From IMG/VR virus record IMGVR_UViG_3300032893_000004, positions 32,001-96,000 of that record: DNA of 64,000 bases; one strand, written 5' to 3'. Both the position numbers and the translations under genes were made by a program. Under the pieces are notes generated by a model. It did no database searches. It saw only the letters and a program-made list of their open reading frames with translations, and had not been told where the DNA came from. Numbering within the stretch: position 1 is the stretch's first letter; each line of letters begins with the position of its first letter. Origin of the DNA: a virus. Positions 38,690 to 47,493 of this stretch are shown piece after piece.

Positions 38690-39091
38690 GTGAGCGATAA
38701 CCACCTGTTTACAGCCAAGAAGTTCGATCCCCCGCCTGAGAACTACGACGAAGTACTCGATCGGGTGGTCGTCATCGATGCTTTGCCTGGCGGAATAGGT
38801 CAGGAAGATCAGAAGCTTACGACTCCGATCGAATCGATGCACTTCAAGCGAGTCGAAGTGAAGGAACAGGAAAAGGCTGCCGATGTTCCCGTCCGTATGG
38901 TTACGGCCGAAGAGGCCAAGCGCCTGATCTCGTCAGGAGAATTCCACAAGAGCATGATCCCTCGCAAGCTACGCTGCCGCGACTGCGGCGTCGAACTGCC
39001 GCCGGAGCGAGGCTTACTGTGCAAGGAATGTCTACCGTCTCTCCACGACGACCCAGGCCACTATCTGTACTGCGGTGTGTCCGGTGAGTAA
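38690..39091 (+). CDS. hypothetical protein with C-terminal zinc finger
   Basis: GGAGG RBS at 38681 before GTG 38690; CRDC...CKEC. Confidence 0.65.
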   Translation: MSDNHLFTAKKFDPPPENYDEVLDRVVVIDALPGGIGQEDQKLTTPIESMHFKRVEVKEQEKAADVPVRMVTAEEAKRLISSGEFHKSMIPRKLRCRDCGVELPPERGLLCKECLPSLHDDPGHYLYCGVSGE

Positions 39092-39314
39092 ATTCGTCAT
39101 CACACATACGGAACTTCGTCAGATCGTCGACGGCGGTCTCCGCACATTCCACGACACGAAGTATCTGCCTGACGAGCCGAAGGAGCTGCAGGCATACCTG
39201 ATCGTTTCTGGCCTGGAACTACTCCTGAAATCGAAGGGTATCGAACCTCAGTTCGAGCTGAGGACCGTGAAGGAGGAGCCTGATGACTCAACACCGCTCG
39301 ATGATCTTAGCTGA
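39075..39314 (+). CDS. hypothetical protein (start likely GTG 39084)
   Basis: Coupled ORF. Confidence 0.55.
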   Translation: MCPVSKFVITHTELRQIVDGGLRTFHDTKYLPDEPKELQAYLIVSGLELLLKSKGIEPQFELRTVKEEPDDSTPLDDLS

Positions 39315-39540
39315 GATTCGATACAAGCTCACGGTCATGGCACACTGCAAGAAGACGTACAATCACCCGAAAGCGTATCCAGACACGCAGAACATGATGC
39401 TTCGCCAATCGAAGAACATTGACTCGCACGTAATCTGCATGATAGATGGCGATCAGCGTTTGAATAAACAGGCGCAAAAGATAAAGGACGAGCTTGGACT
39501 GGCTGGCTGGCTGTGCATGGTGAGGGCATTCCGTGGATGA
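39283..39540 (+). CDS. hypothetical protein
   Basis: AGGAGGAG upstream. Confidence 0.5.
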   Translation: MTQHRSMILAEIRYKLTVMAHCKKTYNHPKAYPDTQNMMLRQSKNIDSHVICMIDGDQRLNKQAQKIKDELGLAGWLCMVRAFRG

Positions 39541-40144
39541 TCTGAAAGTCATATTCGTCGGATGCAACCCTTCGCCGAACAACACGACAGACGAACCTTT
39601 CGTCGGATCAAAATCAGGCAAGACGCTCAGCTTGTGGCTCTCTGAGATGGATTTGGTTTCGTCCCAGTGCGGATACGTCAATCTTACCGACAAAGTGACG
39701 AAAAAGGCATCAGATCTCAAGAAGAAAGACGTGAACATCCAGGAGTTCTGGCTAAACCTACTGATGAAAGCTCTCACGATGCGGGTAGGACAGCCGGATG
39801 CGACCAAGTGCATGATCGCGAAGATGCAGCAACGGGGGCAGCTCGCAGAGGCTTTCGGCGATCTGGATGAAAAAGAACTCGATCATTACCTATCGATGCT
39901 TAAAGGGCTAGAAATGCCCGCCATCGTCACTCTAGGAAAGATGGCGGCCTGGGGCGTCGCCCAAACCGGTATACCGTACTTCGAACTACCGCACCCGTCC
40001 GGCCTGAATCGCAAGACGAACGACAAAGAAGCACTCAAGATAGCACTTGCGGACTGTAAAGCTTGGCTGTATAGTACACCGGAAGAGTCGACTAAAGGAG
40101 ACGAAGATGGTGAGGCTGAAAGCGATCAAGATCCGGAAGAGTGA
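39533..40144 (+). CDS. uracil-DNA glycosylase superfamily protein
   Basis: VIFVGCNPS...PFVGSKSG, IVTLG, LPHPSGLNR. Confidence 0.75.
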   Translation: MDDLKVIFVGCNPSPNNTTDEPFVGSKSGKTLSLWLSEMDLVSSQCGYVNLTDKVTKKASDLKKKDVNIQEFWLNLLMKALTMRVGQPDATKCMIAKMQQRGQLAEAFGDLDEKELDHYLSMLKGLEMPAIVTLGKMAAWGVAQTGIPYFELPHPSGLNRKTNDKEALKIALADCKAWLYSTPEESTKGDEDGEAESDQDPEE

Positions 40145-40550
40145 TCTAAACAAAGCGCCGGAGGATTTTCTCCGGAAATTCGGAGCCGTTTCTAAAGAAA
40201 CAGGCCGCGCTTATCCCACTCAAGTCTTCATCTCGTACAGCGACTACGCTGTGATGAAGAAAAACTTCCGCCGGTTCGTGAAGAAGAACGCCCCCGGCAT
40301 CTCCAAGCGCAAGCTGGACGAATCCGTAGGCATGCACTTTCTCCAGTACGGTCCGAACGATTCTCTTGGTTCAGCCGTTCAACCGGGATACCTTCTGATC
40401 GACGTGGAAGGTATCGAGCAGAACATCGCTCTCGATCAGATTGCTGATCTCAACGAAGCCATCGGACAGCCGTATCAGCAAACTCTCGGGAGTAAGGTCA
40501 GAGCTTTCTTCCAGAAGAATTTCGGCGCGCCACCTCTACCGAAGGTATAG
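40107..40550 (+). CDS. hypothetical protein
   Basis: AAGGAG RBS before ATG 40107. Confidence 0.65.
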   Translation: MVRLKAIKIRKSDLNKAPEDFLRKFGAVSKETGRAYPTQVFISYSDYAVMKKNFRRFVKKNAPGISKRKLDESVGMHFLQYGPNDSLGSAVQPGYLLIDVEGIEQNIALDQIADLNEAIGQPYQQTLGSKVRAFFQKNFGAPPLPKV

Positions 40551-40883
40551 ATGAAGATGCCAGAACGGGTCCGCCTGGCGGTGGACCTAATCAGCCTCCT
40601 GAAGGAAGCTGATGGCGCTGCTCCGCGCCGGGTCGAGGATATGGCTCCGCTGCTCGGCAACAGTCCGAACTTCCTTCATCAGATCGTTTCCACTCTGAAC
40701 AAAGCTGGGATCGTCAAGGTAATTCGCGGACCGAAAGGCGGTGTCTTACCGAACATGGCAAGCTACTCCGTCCTGGACGTCTATCAGGCGTTCGGGTACA
40801 TGAAAGAGCCGGTCGTCGGGAAGACAGCCAGCTCAGACATCGAAAAAGAATTAAGAGAATTGTTGCGCGACTATTGGCTTTAG
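40551..40883 (+). CDS. Rrf2-family winged-helix regulator (short, no Fe-S cysteines)
   Basis: SPNFLHQIVSTLNKAGIVKVIRGPKGG...SVLDVY. Confidence 0.8.
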   Translation: MKMPERVRLAVDLISLLKEADGAAPRRVEDMAPLLGNSPNFLHQIVSTLNKAGIVKVIRGPKGGVLPNMASYSVLDVYQAFGYMKEPVVGKTASSDIEKELRELLRDYWL

Positions 40884-41356
40884 GTGCCGTCGGTGATATT
40901 CGCTGCGGAGTTCGTATCGTCGTCGCCGCCCTGTGCGATTCCGTACTCGTCCTCGCCTCTGATACCGATCACGTCGATGCGAACATCCGAGATACCACGA
41001 GCAGCAGCGCCGGATGACCAACCTTGCACTCTACAGCCGGAAGCAAGGAAGATTGTCGAATTCGTCTGACGATCGATCACCGAGACGGTGAAATCATCTT
41101 CGAGGAGTAGATTCTTGAGAAGCGTAGCGTTCGCGACGGCGTACGGACCGGCGCCGATCACTCGGTAGCCGGATAGAGACATCTGAACAGCCTCCTGCGT
41201 GGTCGGAACGATCTCGCCAGGATTGTACCTGCCGAGGATAAACGCTGGATCTTTTCCTTGGCGAATGCTCCACGTACATTGCGAGAAGAGACCTACGAGA
41301 TTACTCCCGATCTGAATCTTGGCTCTCGCACCTGTAAAAATCCTTGAAACTGCCAT
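40880..41356 (-). CDS. tail tube protein
   Basis: 158-aa beta-rich gene directly after sheath; IFTGARAKI, ILGRY.P.EI. Confidence 0.8.
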   Translation of the reverse strand: MAVSRIFTGARAKIQIGSNLVGLFSQCTWSIRQGKDPAFILGRYNPGEIVPTTQEAVQMSLSGYRVIGAGPYAVANATLLKNLLLEDDFTVSVIDRQTNSTIFLASGCRVQGWSSGAAARGISDVRIDVIGIRGEDEYGIAQGGDDDTNSAANITDGT

Positions 41357-41368
41357 ATCTTTCTCCTA

Positions 41369-44143
41369 TTAGGTCGCTGTCTGCGTGGCCGTCTGCGTCA
41401 CTTGACTTGCCAAGAGACTGATCGGGATGAAGTAGATCAAACCAGCGACTTTGATTTCAGCGCTGATGATCAAGGCAGGCCCTTCGATGTCAGCCGTGGC
41501 ATTCTTGTAGCCCTTCGGAGCATCGTCGGACTTGGCGATCCACTTCAGTCGCAGGAAGTTGAACATCTGCGCATCCAGGATACTCAGAGCGAGAGTGGCC
41601 GTCAGATCCGCTACGGACTTGCCAGCTGCCTGTCGATCGTACGTATCGATAAGAGTGAGCGCGATGAGATCTGTGATGTAGACCGCTTGCAGCGAGTTGT
41701 ACACAAAGTTGTTGTCGACGTTGTATGTCGTCTGATCGGAGTTCCAGCGGATGCCGCCGGTCGTAACCTTCTCCATGAAGAGCAAACCAGCCTGCAAGGC
41801 GGCGATCCGGCTTCCGGGGTTAGTCGAATCGAAGCCAGAAACGGTTCCGAGACCGGACACGTTCGCGAACTTCTTAACGATACCTTTATACCCGGCCGCT
41901 GCTGACATACCTGCCGCTACGATCGCGCTCATCCAAGGTTGGAAGAGCTGATTCGAGTTTTGACTGTACGAAAAGCACTGAACCGGCTGAAAAGCCAGAC
42001 CGAACCGGTACGAGCCGAGCGTGCCGGCTTCTTCCACGCAGTTTTCGAACGTGTCTTGGATGGAACCGATCGCGATGCGGTTAGCTTTCTGCTCCAGACC
42101 GCTCATCAGGATCACGTTCTCGTTGAGATACGTGTTCACTGCGTCGATCGTGTAGGTGGAAGACGGATCCGTCAAACCAGCTGCGATATCGAGCGAAGCG
42201 TCTTGCGAGATCAGCGGGACCGTGAAGTTCGTGGTCAAGCTCTGGGTAGCGTCGATGGCGGCCGTGAATGCTGCCGAAGATGTACCGCCTTTCGCGCCGC
42301 CAGACAAGAACTGGAAGTTCGGAGTAGCTTCCGGGAGACCAGGACGCAAGACAGTCCACGTGATGAGAGTACCAGCGTTGACGGCTGTTGCCCACTCGTA
42401 CGCATCCATCTTGATGCGAGCGTTCTGAACGTCGGGCAGAGTCGAAGAGGCGTTGTACGAGCCTTGATCGAGCTGCGACGGCGCTTGATTGTTGAACCGA
42501 GCCGACGGCACGTCGGCGGACCAACCTGTCTGCGAGTTGATGTAAGAGGCAAGCTGCGAAACGGTCGGAAACTGCGAGAACGCTGCTGTGAACTGCGGCA
42601 CCGAGTTGACGTTGAAGGAAATGCCGGTCGAGCTGATCACGACTTGGCCCAAGTTACCTTCGTAGCCTACTTCTAAGATAATGTCGCCGCCCGCTGTGTA
42701 CGAAGTCGACTTCGTACCTTGTAGGATGGTCAGTTCCATCTCTTCTTCAGCCGCAGACACGAGCCGGCTGTTGGACAGCCCAGCGTCGGTACCTTGAGCG
42801 TTCAAGAAGATCGAACTGACGTTTCCTTCGATGGACAACGTCTTGCCTGCTCCGGACAGAACAGCTGCGAGGAGTTGGAAGGGTTCTGCGCCGGACGAGT
42901 ACGTGAACGTCCCGGTTCCCGAACCGGACGAACCGTTCGAAAGAAGAGTTGCCGTCAGAGTAGTAGACGTTCCAGCCGTGACTTGGTAGAATCCAGGATT
43001 GATGGTGCTGAGCATCGTCGGAACTTTCAAGATGTCGCCTGCTTGCGGAACAATGTTCCAAGCAGACGGAGCTTGAATCGTAATCTGGCTGCCGTTGTTG
43101 AGCGTGACGTTGTAGGTACCGAACACGCCAGTGGCGAGGTTGCGATCGTCTCCGGACACGTTCTGGATCTCGATCTGCGTGAACAGAATCAGATCCGTCA
43201 GGTCGGAGTGCGTAGAGCCAGATGCCGATACGAGTGCGCCGGTCGTAGAAATTCTCTGGAGAGTCATCGTGGCCGTCGAAGTCGTATTCGTAACCGACTG
43301 AACGATGTAGGTACCAACATTAGCCGAACCTGCGCCAGCAAGCGCCGAAGTTTGACCCGCACCGTAATCAGTGTTGGCCGGGATGACTGCTACGTCTCCG
43401 GCTTGCGGTTCGTTCGCCCAGGTGGAACCTACCTGCAGCGTAACCAGGAGCAAGTTCGCCGAGATAGGAGTAGCCGAGATAGTCAGACCAGAAGCAGGAA
43501 CCGGCAACAGTTCGAGACCGCCCGTGGCAAGAATACCGTTCGGGATATTCTGTATCGCCGACACAAGCGAGGAGGGAGATTCCTTCGCGGTGACGGTCAC
43601 GTTCGAGAGCGGGCCACCGTTCACCCGGATGCCGAACAAGACGGTTCCGGTAAGAATCGGGGCATAATCGATCAGACCAGTCGACGGTGCAACTTCTGCT
43701 ACGGCCACGGTGGATTGATACTGAATCAAGTTACCGTTGGCACCAGGTTGATCTGCCTTGGCAGTTGCGTACTGCGGAGCATTCTGATACCGCATAGCAA
43801 GAGAACCAGAGGCAGCGGTTGACATGTTCGTTTTCACGATATTGACAGCCGTTACGTTGCCGACGATGTTCGGATCATTGGCGGCTTCGATCAGTTCGTT
43901 AAACGCATCGACTATTCGGCCGGATCCGTACTTGGCAACGACTTGGCCCAGCTGGGTAGGAGTAAACTGGTTCAAGGAGAGATCTGGCTCGTCCAGAAAA
44001 CCAGGGCCTTGGTCAGCTTCACCGATGATAGTAACAACTCCGGCGGTAGCAGTGCCGGAATTCCCCGCCTGTACAGTCAAAGATACAACTGTGCCAGGAT
44101 CGATGAGCGTTACGCCATCGGTGGTAGTATAAGACTGAGCCAT
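41369..44143 (-). CDS. tail sheath protein
   Basis: PG N-terminus, IIGEADQGP, FLSGG, C-terminal IYFIPISL. Confidence 0.85.
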   Translation of the reverse strand: MAQSYTTTDGVTLIDPGTVVSLTVQAGNSGTATAGVVTIIGEADQGPGFLDEPDLSLNQFTPTQLGQVVAKYGSGRIVDAFNELIEAANDPNIVGNVTAVNIVKTNMSTAASGSLAMRYQNAPQYATAKADQPGANGNLIQYQSTVAVAEVAPSTGLIDYAPILTGTVLFGIRVNGGPLSNVTVTAKESPSSLVSAIQNIPNGILATGGLELLPVPASGLTISATPISANLLLVTLQVGSTWANEPQAGDVAVIPANTDYGAGQTSALAGAGSANVGTYIVQSVTNTTSTATMTLQRISTTGALVSASGSTHSDLTDLILFTQIEIQNVSGDDRNLATGVFGTYNVTLNNGSQITIQAPSAWNIVPQAGDILKVPTMLSTINPGFYQVTAGTSTTLTATLLSNGSSGSGTGTFTYSSGAEPFQLLAAVLSGAGKTLSIEGNVSSIFLNAQGTDAGLSNSRLVSAAEEEMELTILQGTKSTSYTAGGDIILEVGYEGNLGQVVISSTGISFNVNSVPQFTAAFSQFPTVSQLASYINSQTGWSADVPSARFNNQAPSQLDQGSYNASSTLPDVQNARIKMDAYEWATAVNAGTLITWTVLRPGLPEATPNFQFLSGGAKGGTSSAAFTAAIDATQSLTTNFTVPLISQDASLDIAAGLTDPSSTYTIDAVNTYLNENVILMSGLEQKANRIAIGSIQDTFENCVEEAGTLGSYRFGLAFQPVQCFSYSQNSNQLFQPWMSAIVAAGMSAAAGYKGIVKKFANVSGLGTVSGFDSTNPGSRIAALQAGLLFMEKVTTGGIRWNSDQTTYNVDNNFVYNSLQAVYITDLIALTLIDTYDRQAAGKSVADLTATLALSILDAQMFNFLRLKWIAKSDDAPKGYKNATADIEGPALIISAEIKVAGLIYFIPISLLASQVTQTATQTAT

Positions 44144-44170
44144 TTAAAGTACCTCCAGCAAACTGACACT

Positions 44171-44179
44171 AAGATTAGG
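44171..44179 (-). promoter_or_regulatory. candidate late promoter CCTAATCTT
   Basis: Exact motif upstream of sheath. Confidence 0.65.
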
Positions 44180-44438
44180 TTCTGAAACCGAAATCACGTA
44201 AGCCAGCGTCGAACTTCGTGTAGTCCATGAACCCCCTGGCTTCGAAGTGCCTTTTTACAGCGTTCTTCAGCGCAGGTTTGAACTTGTACTTGTTCTGAGT
44301 GCGCAACCACCAAGCGTCAAACGTGATAGGAATCTGCGGCGCTTGCGGACGAGTAACCGATGTTTGGCGCGGGCGAGCAGACTCAGCCTTAGGGCCTACG
44401 ATCGTGACTTCCTTCTGCGTTTCTTTTTGTTTGTTCAT
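44175..44438 (-). CDS. small protein preceding sheath
   Basis: AAGGA RBS; ITFDAWW, LRDFG. Confidence 0.65.
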   Translation of the reverse strand: MNKQKETQKEVTIVGPKAESARPRQTSVTRPQAPQIPITFDAWWLRTQNKYKFKPALKNAVKRHFEARGFMDYTKFDAGLRDFGFRT

Positions 44439-44439
44439 G

Positions 44440-45699
44440 CTAGCAGTCCTTTTTCTTCCAGTGTCTCGGCTTCCAGTCCTGTTTCATGTCTTCCTTGATT
44501 TCATCCTTCGTCATCATAACACCGCATTTCTTGGTGCCCATCTCGCCTTTCTTGGTAGAAGAAGCATTGATCTGGCTTTCAGTCATCGGCTGAGTGGCAG
44601 AATTCGGATCTTTCACGCCGCCTGGCTTCACGCTCGTGCACGGGCTGATCTGCTCCGCCGTCTTTGGCTGGGTAGCAGAGTTCGGATCTTTAGTACCGCC
44701 GGTCTTGATACCCGTGGACGGACTAATTTTGCTTGCGTCCATAGTATTCGGATTCGGCTGAACACCTCGTTCTGCGAGAGCGAGTCCCATCTCGCTAGTC
44801 TTCGCAGTCTTTTTTTCAGAAGTTGCGAGACCTGCGACGGACGACATCTTTCGGAGTTCCTCAAACCTCTTCGGATCTTCCTTGGCGATCTTCAAGAGAT
44901 CTCTTACAGCGGTAAGTGTCTCTGACATAGCAAGAGGGCCTGCGTTGCCCGCACCAGCGATGGAAGTACCGGGCATATCGACTTTGTTCATCGATGCGTT
45001 CGGCTTGTGCGGAGGCACTCCGCCAGCAACTCGATTCTGAGGGGAGCGGAGCTGCGACGGCTCGTGCAGCGTACGGAGGTGCGAGAGCATCGCCTTCTGC
45101 TTATCCGGAGTATCGAGGATCTTCATGGCGTGATGAAGCGATTCGTCACCTTCCGCCACGTTGTGGGCTTCAGCTCGCGGACTGCCGGCCGGGTGAGGCT
45201 GATCGTCCTTCTTGACAGGTTGCGCATGAGGATGCATGGCGTCTTTCTTCATCTGTTCGGAAGGATATCCAGCGCCGGGGCTATCGGGACCGCAGTCGCC
45301 GCCTTGAGCTTCGCCGGCTGGATTCATCGTATCCTTCTTCATCTGGTCGCTCGGATAGCCTGCAGTCGTCGATTCGCTGGAAATTTGACCGCCGACTGGT
45401 TCAGCGTACTCTTCCTTGGTGATCTTACCGTCGCGGAGAGCTGCCTTTCGCTGATTCATCTCTTCTTTGTTCATCTTGTGTCCTGTGGCAGCCGCATGTT
45501 GGAAAGCTTCCTTACCGTACTTTTTGCGACCCACCGCAGCAGCAACTGCTCCCGGATCTCTGGCACCGGATTCTTTAGCCTTATTTTCAACGGCCTTGAA
45601 CCCCAGATATTTCTTGCTAAGTTCTTGAAACTGTTCGGGATTATCCTTTGCAGCTTTCAGGAGTTCTTTCGCTTGTTCAAGTACAGATTTCTTACTCAC
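44440..45699 (-). CDS. low-complexity modular putative virion (internal) protein
   Basis: GGAGAGG RBS; internal repeats; many M/L/V-x-K-D/E sites. Confidence 0.7.
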   Translation of the reverse strand: MSKKSVLEQAKELLKAAKDNPEQFQELSKKYLGFKAVENKAKESGARDPGAVAAAVGRKKYGKEAFQHAAATGHKMNKEEMNQRKAALRDGKITKEEYAEPVGGQISSESTTAGYPSDQMKKDTMNPAGEAQGGDCGPDSPGAGYPSEQMKKDAMHPHAQPVKKDDQPHPAGSPRAEAHNVAEGDESLHHAMKILDTPDKQKAMLSHLRTLHEPSQLRSPQNRVAGGVPPHKPNASMNKVDMPGTSIAGAGNAGPLAMSETLTAVRDLLKIAKEDPKRFEELRKMSSVAGLATSEKKTAKTSEMGLALAERGVQPNPNTMDASKISPSTGIKTGGTKDPNSATQPKTAEQISPCTSVKPGGVKDPNSATQPMTESQINASSTKKGEMGTKKCGVMMTKDEIKEDMKQDWKPRHWKKKDC

Positions 45700-45734
45700 C
45701 GTTCACCTCTCCGAGAGATAACTTAGACTCAGTA

Positions 45735-45743
45735 CAGATTAGG
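45735..45743 (-). promoter_or_regulatory. candidate late promoter CCTAATCTG
   Basis: Motif variant about 35 nt before GTG. Confidence 0.55.
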
Positions 45744-47481
45744 CTTTGCTCTTCATGAGCTTTCTCAAGCCCTTAGGCTCGCTCTTCTTCACCGTCCCGT
45801 GCTTCAAAGCTTCCATAACTTCTTGTCTGATCCGGTCATTTCCTTTCAGATGCTCTTCCAAGCCAGGGTAGGATTTGTCGTATTGACCGTGTATGTACAG
45901 GCCTACCTTTCGATTGTTTTTGTCAGCTGCGGCTAGATCCGACGCCATCGCATCTGCGTAGCCTGCCTTCTTCATAGTGGCCTCGTCAGGGAATACAACT
46001 GCGTGCGGCTTCGAGGGATCGATAAGGTGATCGTACTTCGAACCGAGGGATTGAACGATGTTGAAGTTGGGCAGCTTTTCAAGTTCATCGAGATGCTTGC
46101 GCAGAGCCGGATGATGGCTTTTCGTATATGCATAGAACATTAGCTCGGGGTTCGCCCGTGCTATCTCCGTCCATTTTTTAATGTAATCTGGCGAGTAGAA
46201 GTCGCCCGAATCGTGCACTCGGATCGCTTTTATCTTACCCTTCTTCTTGACCTCGTCGAACATCTTGTTCATCTTCTCGACGAAGTCTGGCTTCTGCGAT
46301 GCCAGCCAGTTTGCTACCCTAGGAGGCATGGTCGTCTTGTGGAATCGCAGGAAGGAGCCTGTATCAGCGTAGCAGTACTTCGCGCATGAACCAGCACCTG
46401 GGCACGTTTCGATAGGAACGAGATTGAACGACGCGATGCCGTCCTTCGCGAGCTTCGAATTGGTCGTACTGAGCGACACTTTAGTCTTCTCAGGGTTGGC
46501 CATCATGTCCGCTTTAACGTCCTTTACACGTTGGCGCTGATTCGGACGCTGAGCGTGAGGACTATCCGGATGCAGACCCGATACCGGTTTTGGAGCTGCC
46601 GGAGGTTTAGGTGATTTCTCCGCTTTCCCGAATAGTGCCCCGATTTCTTGCCGCACGTTTGCCCACCCTTCCTTGTTGGGAAGGCCGCCGCTGTTGGCTC
46701 TCTGAACTGCGGCCCCTGCGTCGTAAGATGGTAAGCGAGGTGGAGGCAGCGGAGTCGCGGAACCCGCTTCGCCGTCTTTGTTCATAGGAATCTCGTCCTT
46801 GACGGTTGCCTTGCCTGGCTTGACGTTCGAACTATCGGTTGTCCCGAGCAGCTTCATGGACATTCGCTTGCCGTCGTGCTGATTCTTGCGCCACACATCT
46901 GTGACGAACTTAGCAGCCTCAGAACGGAGAGGATGATCGTACGGGATGACGTTCCCCGCAGCCATATGCTCCTTGAGAGAGTGAGGAATTTCTACCCCTG
47001 CCACGTGAGTCTCTGGTTTTCGTACCGGTGAATTAACCGGAGCCTTCGCGTCTTTCGGCGAGATGCCGACTTTGAAACCTTTCGGGAGAGCCTTCTGAAT
47101 GACTCGGCCGAACCCTTTAGGTTTCGGCGGTTCTTTGACCGTGACGGTTCCGAACCCTTTAGGTTTCGGCGGTTCTTTGACCGTGACGGTTCCGAAGTTC
47201 TGCTTCGGGGCGGCGGAAGGCGCCTGATCATTACCGAATTCAGCTTTCGCGTATGCGACGCGCTTAAATCCATTCCTGACCATGGTCTGCCACGGCGCCG
47301 ACAGCAGGCCGCCGGAGTATAGGTGCTGGCCTGTCATCTGATCGTTCGGGTTTCGAGCACCAGCACCGGAAATAGTCGATCCGCCTAAGGTATCCTCGGA
47401 TTGATGCTGCGAAATGTCATTCGCGCCGCCGGAAGTGATGCCTTTGAGATTCGAGTCCGAGTTGTCCTGATCCATGGGCAA
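45739..47481 (-). CDS. modular protein with C-terminal GP88-like (radical-SAM-like) domain
   Basis: NSKL...FNL...TCPGAGSCAKYCYA...IRVHDSGDF...FYAYTK. Confidence 0.75.
   Translation of the reverse strand: MPMDQDNSDSNLKGITSGGANDISQHQSEDTLGGSTISGAGARNPNDQMTGQHLYSGGLLSAPWQTMVRNGFKRVAYAKAEFGNDQAPSAAPKQNFGTVTVKEPPKPKGFGTVTVKEPPKPKGFGRVIQKALPKGFKVGISPKDAKAPVNSPVRKPETHVAGVEIPHSLKEHMAAGNVIPYDHPLRSEAAKFVTDVWRKNQHDGKRMSMKLLGTTDSSNVKPGKATVKDEIPMNKDGEAGSATPLPPPRLPSYDAGAAVQRANSGGLPNKEGWANVRQEIGALFGKAEKSPKPPAAPKPVSGLHPDSPHAQRPNQRQRVKDVKADMMANPEKTKVSLSTTNSKLAKDGIASFNLVPIETCPGAGSCAKYCYADTGSFLRFHKTTMPPRVANWLASQKPDFVEKMNKMFDEVKKKGKIKAIRVHDSGDFYSPDYIKKWTEIARANPELMFYAYTKSHHPALRKHLDELEKLPNFNIVQSLGSKYDHLIDPSKPHAVVFPDEATMKKAGYADAMASDLAAADKNNRKVGLYIHGQYDKSYPGLEEHLKGNDRIRQEVMEALKHGTVKKSEPKGLRKLMKSKA
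47108..47196. repeat. perfect 42-bp tandem duplication encoding FGTVTVKEPPKPKG x2
   Basis: Units 47108-47149 and 47150-47191 identical. Confidence 0.9.
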
Positions 47482-47490
47482 AAGATTAGG
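47482..47490 (-). promoter_or_regulatory. candidate late promoter CCTAATCTT
   Basis: Exact motif, 6 nt before ATG 47475. Confidence 0.65.
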
Positions 47491-47493
47491 CTG

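Noticed and set aside
47108-47196. CRISPR array
   Set aside because: Two adjacent in-frame coding repeats with no spacers; no arrays seen elsewhere
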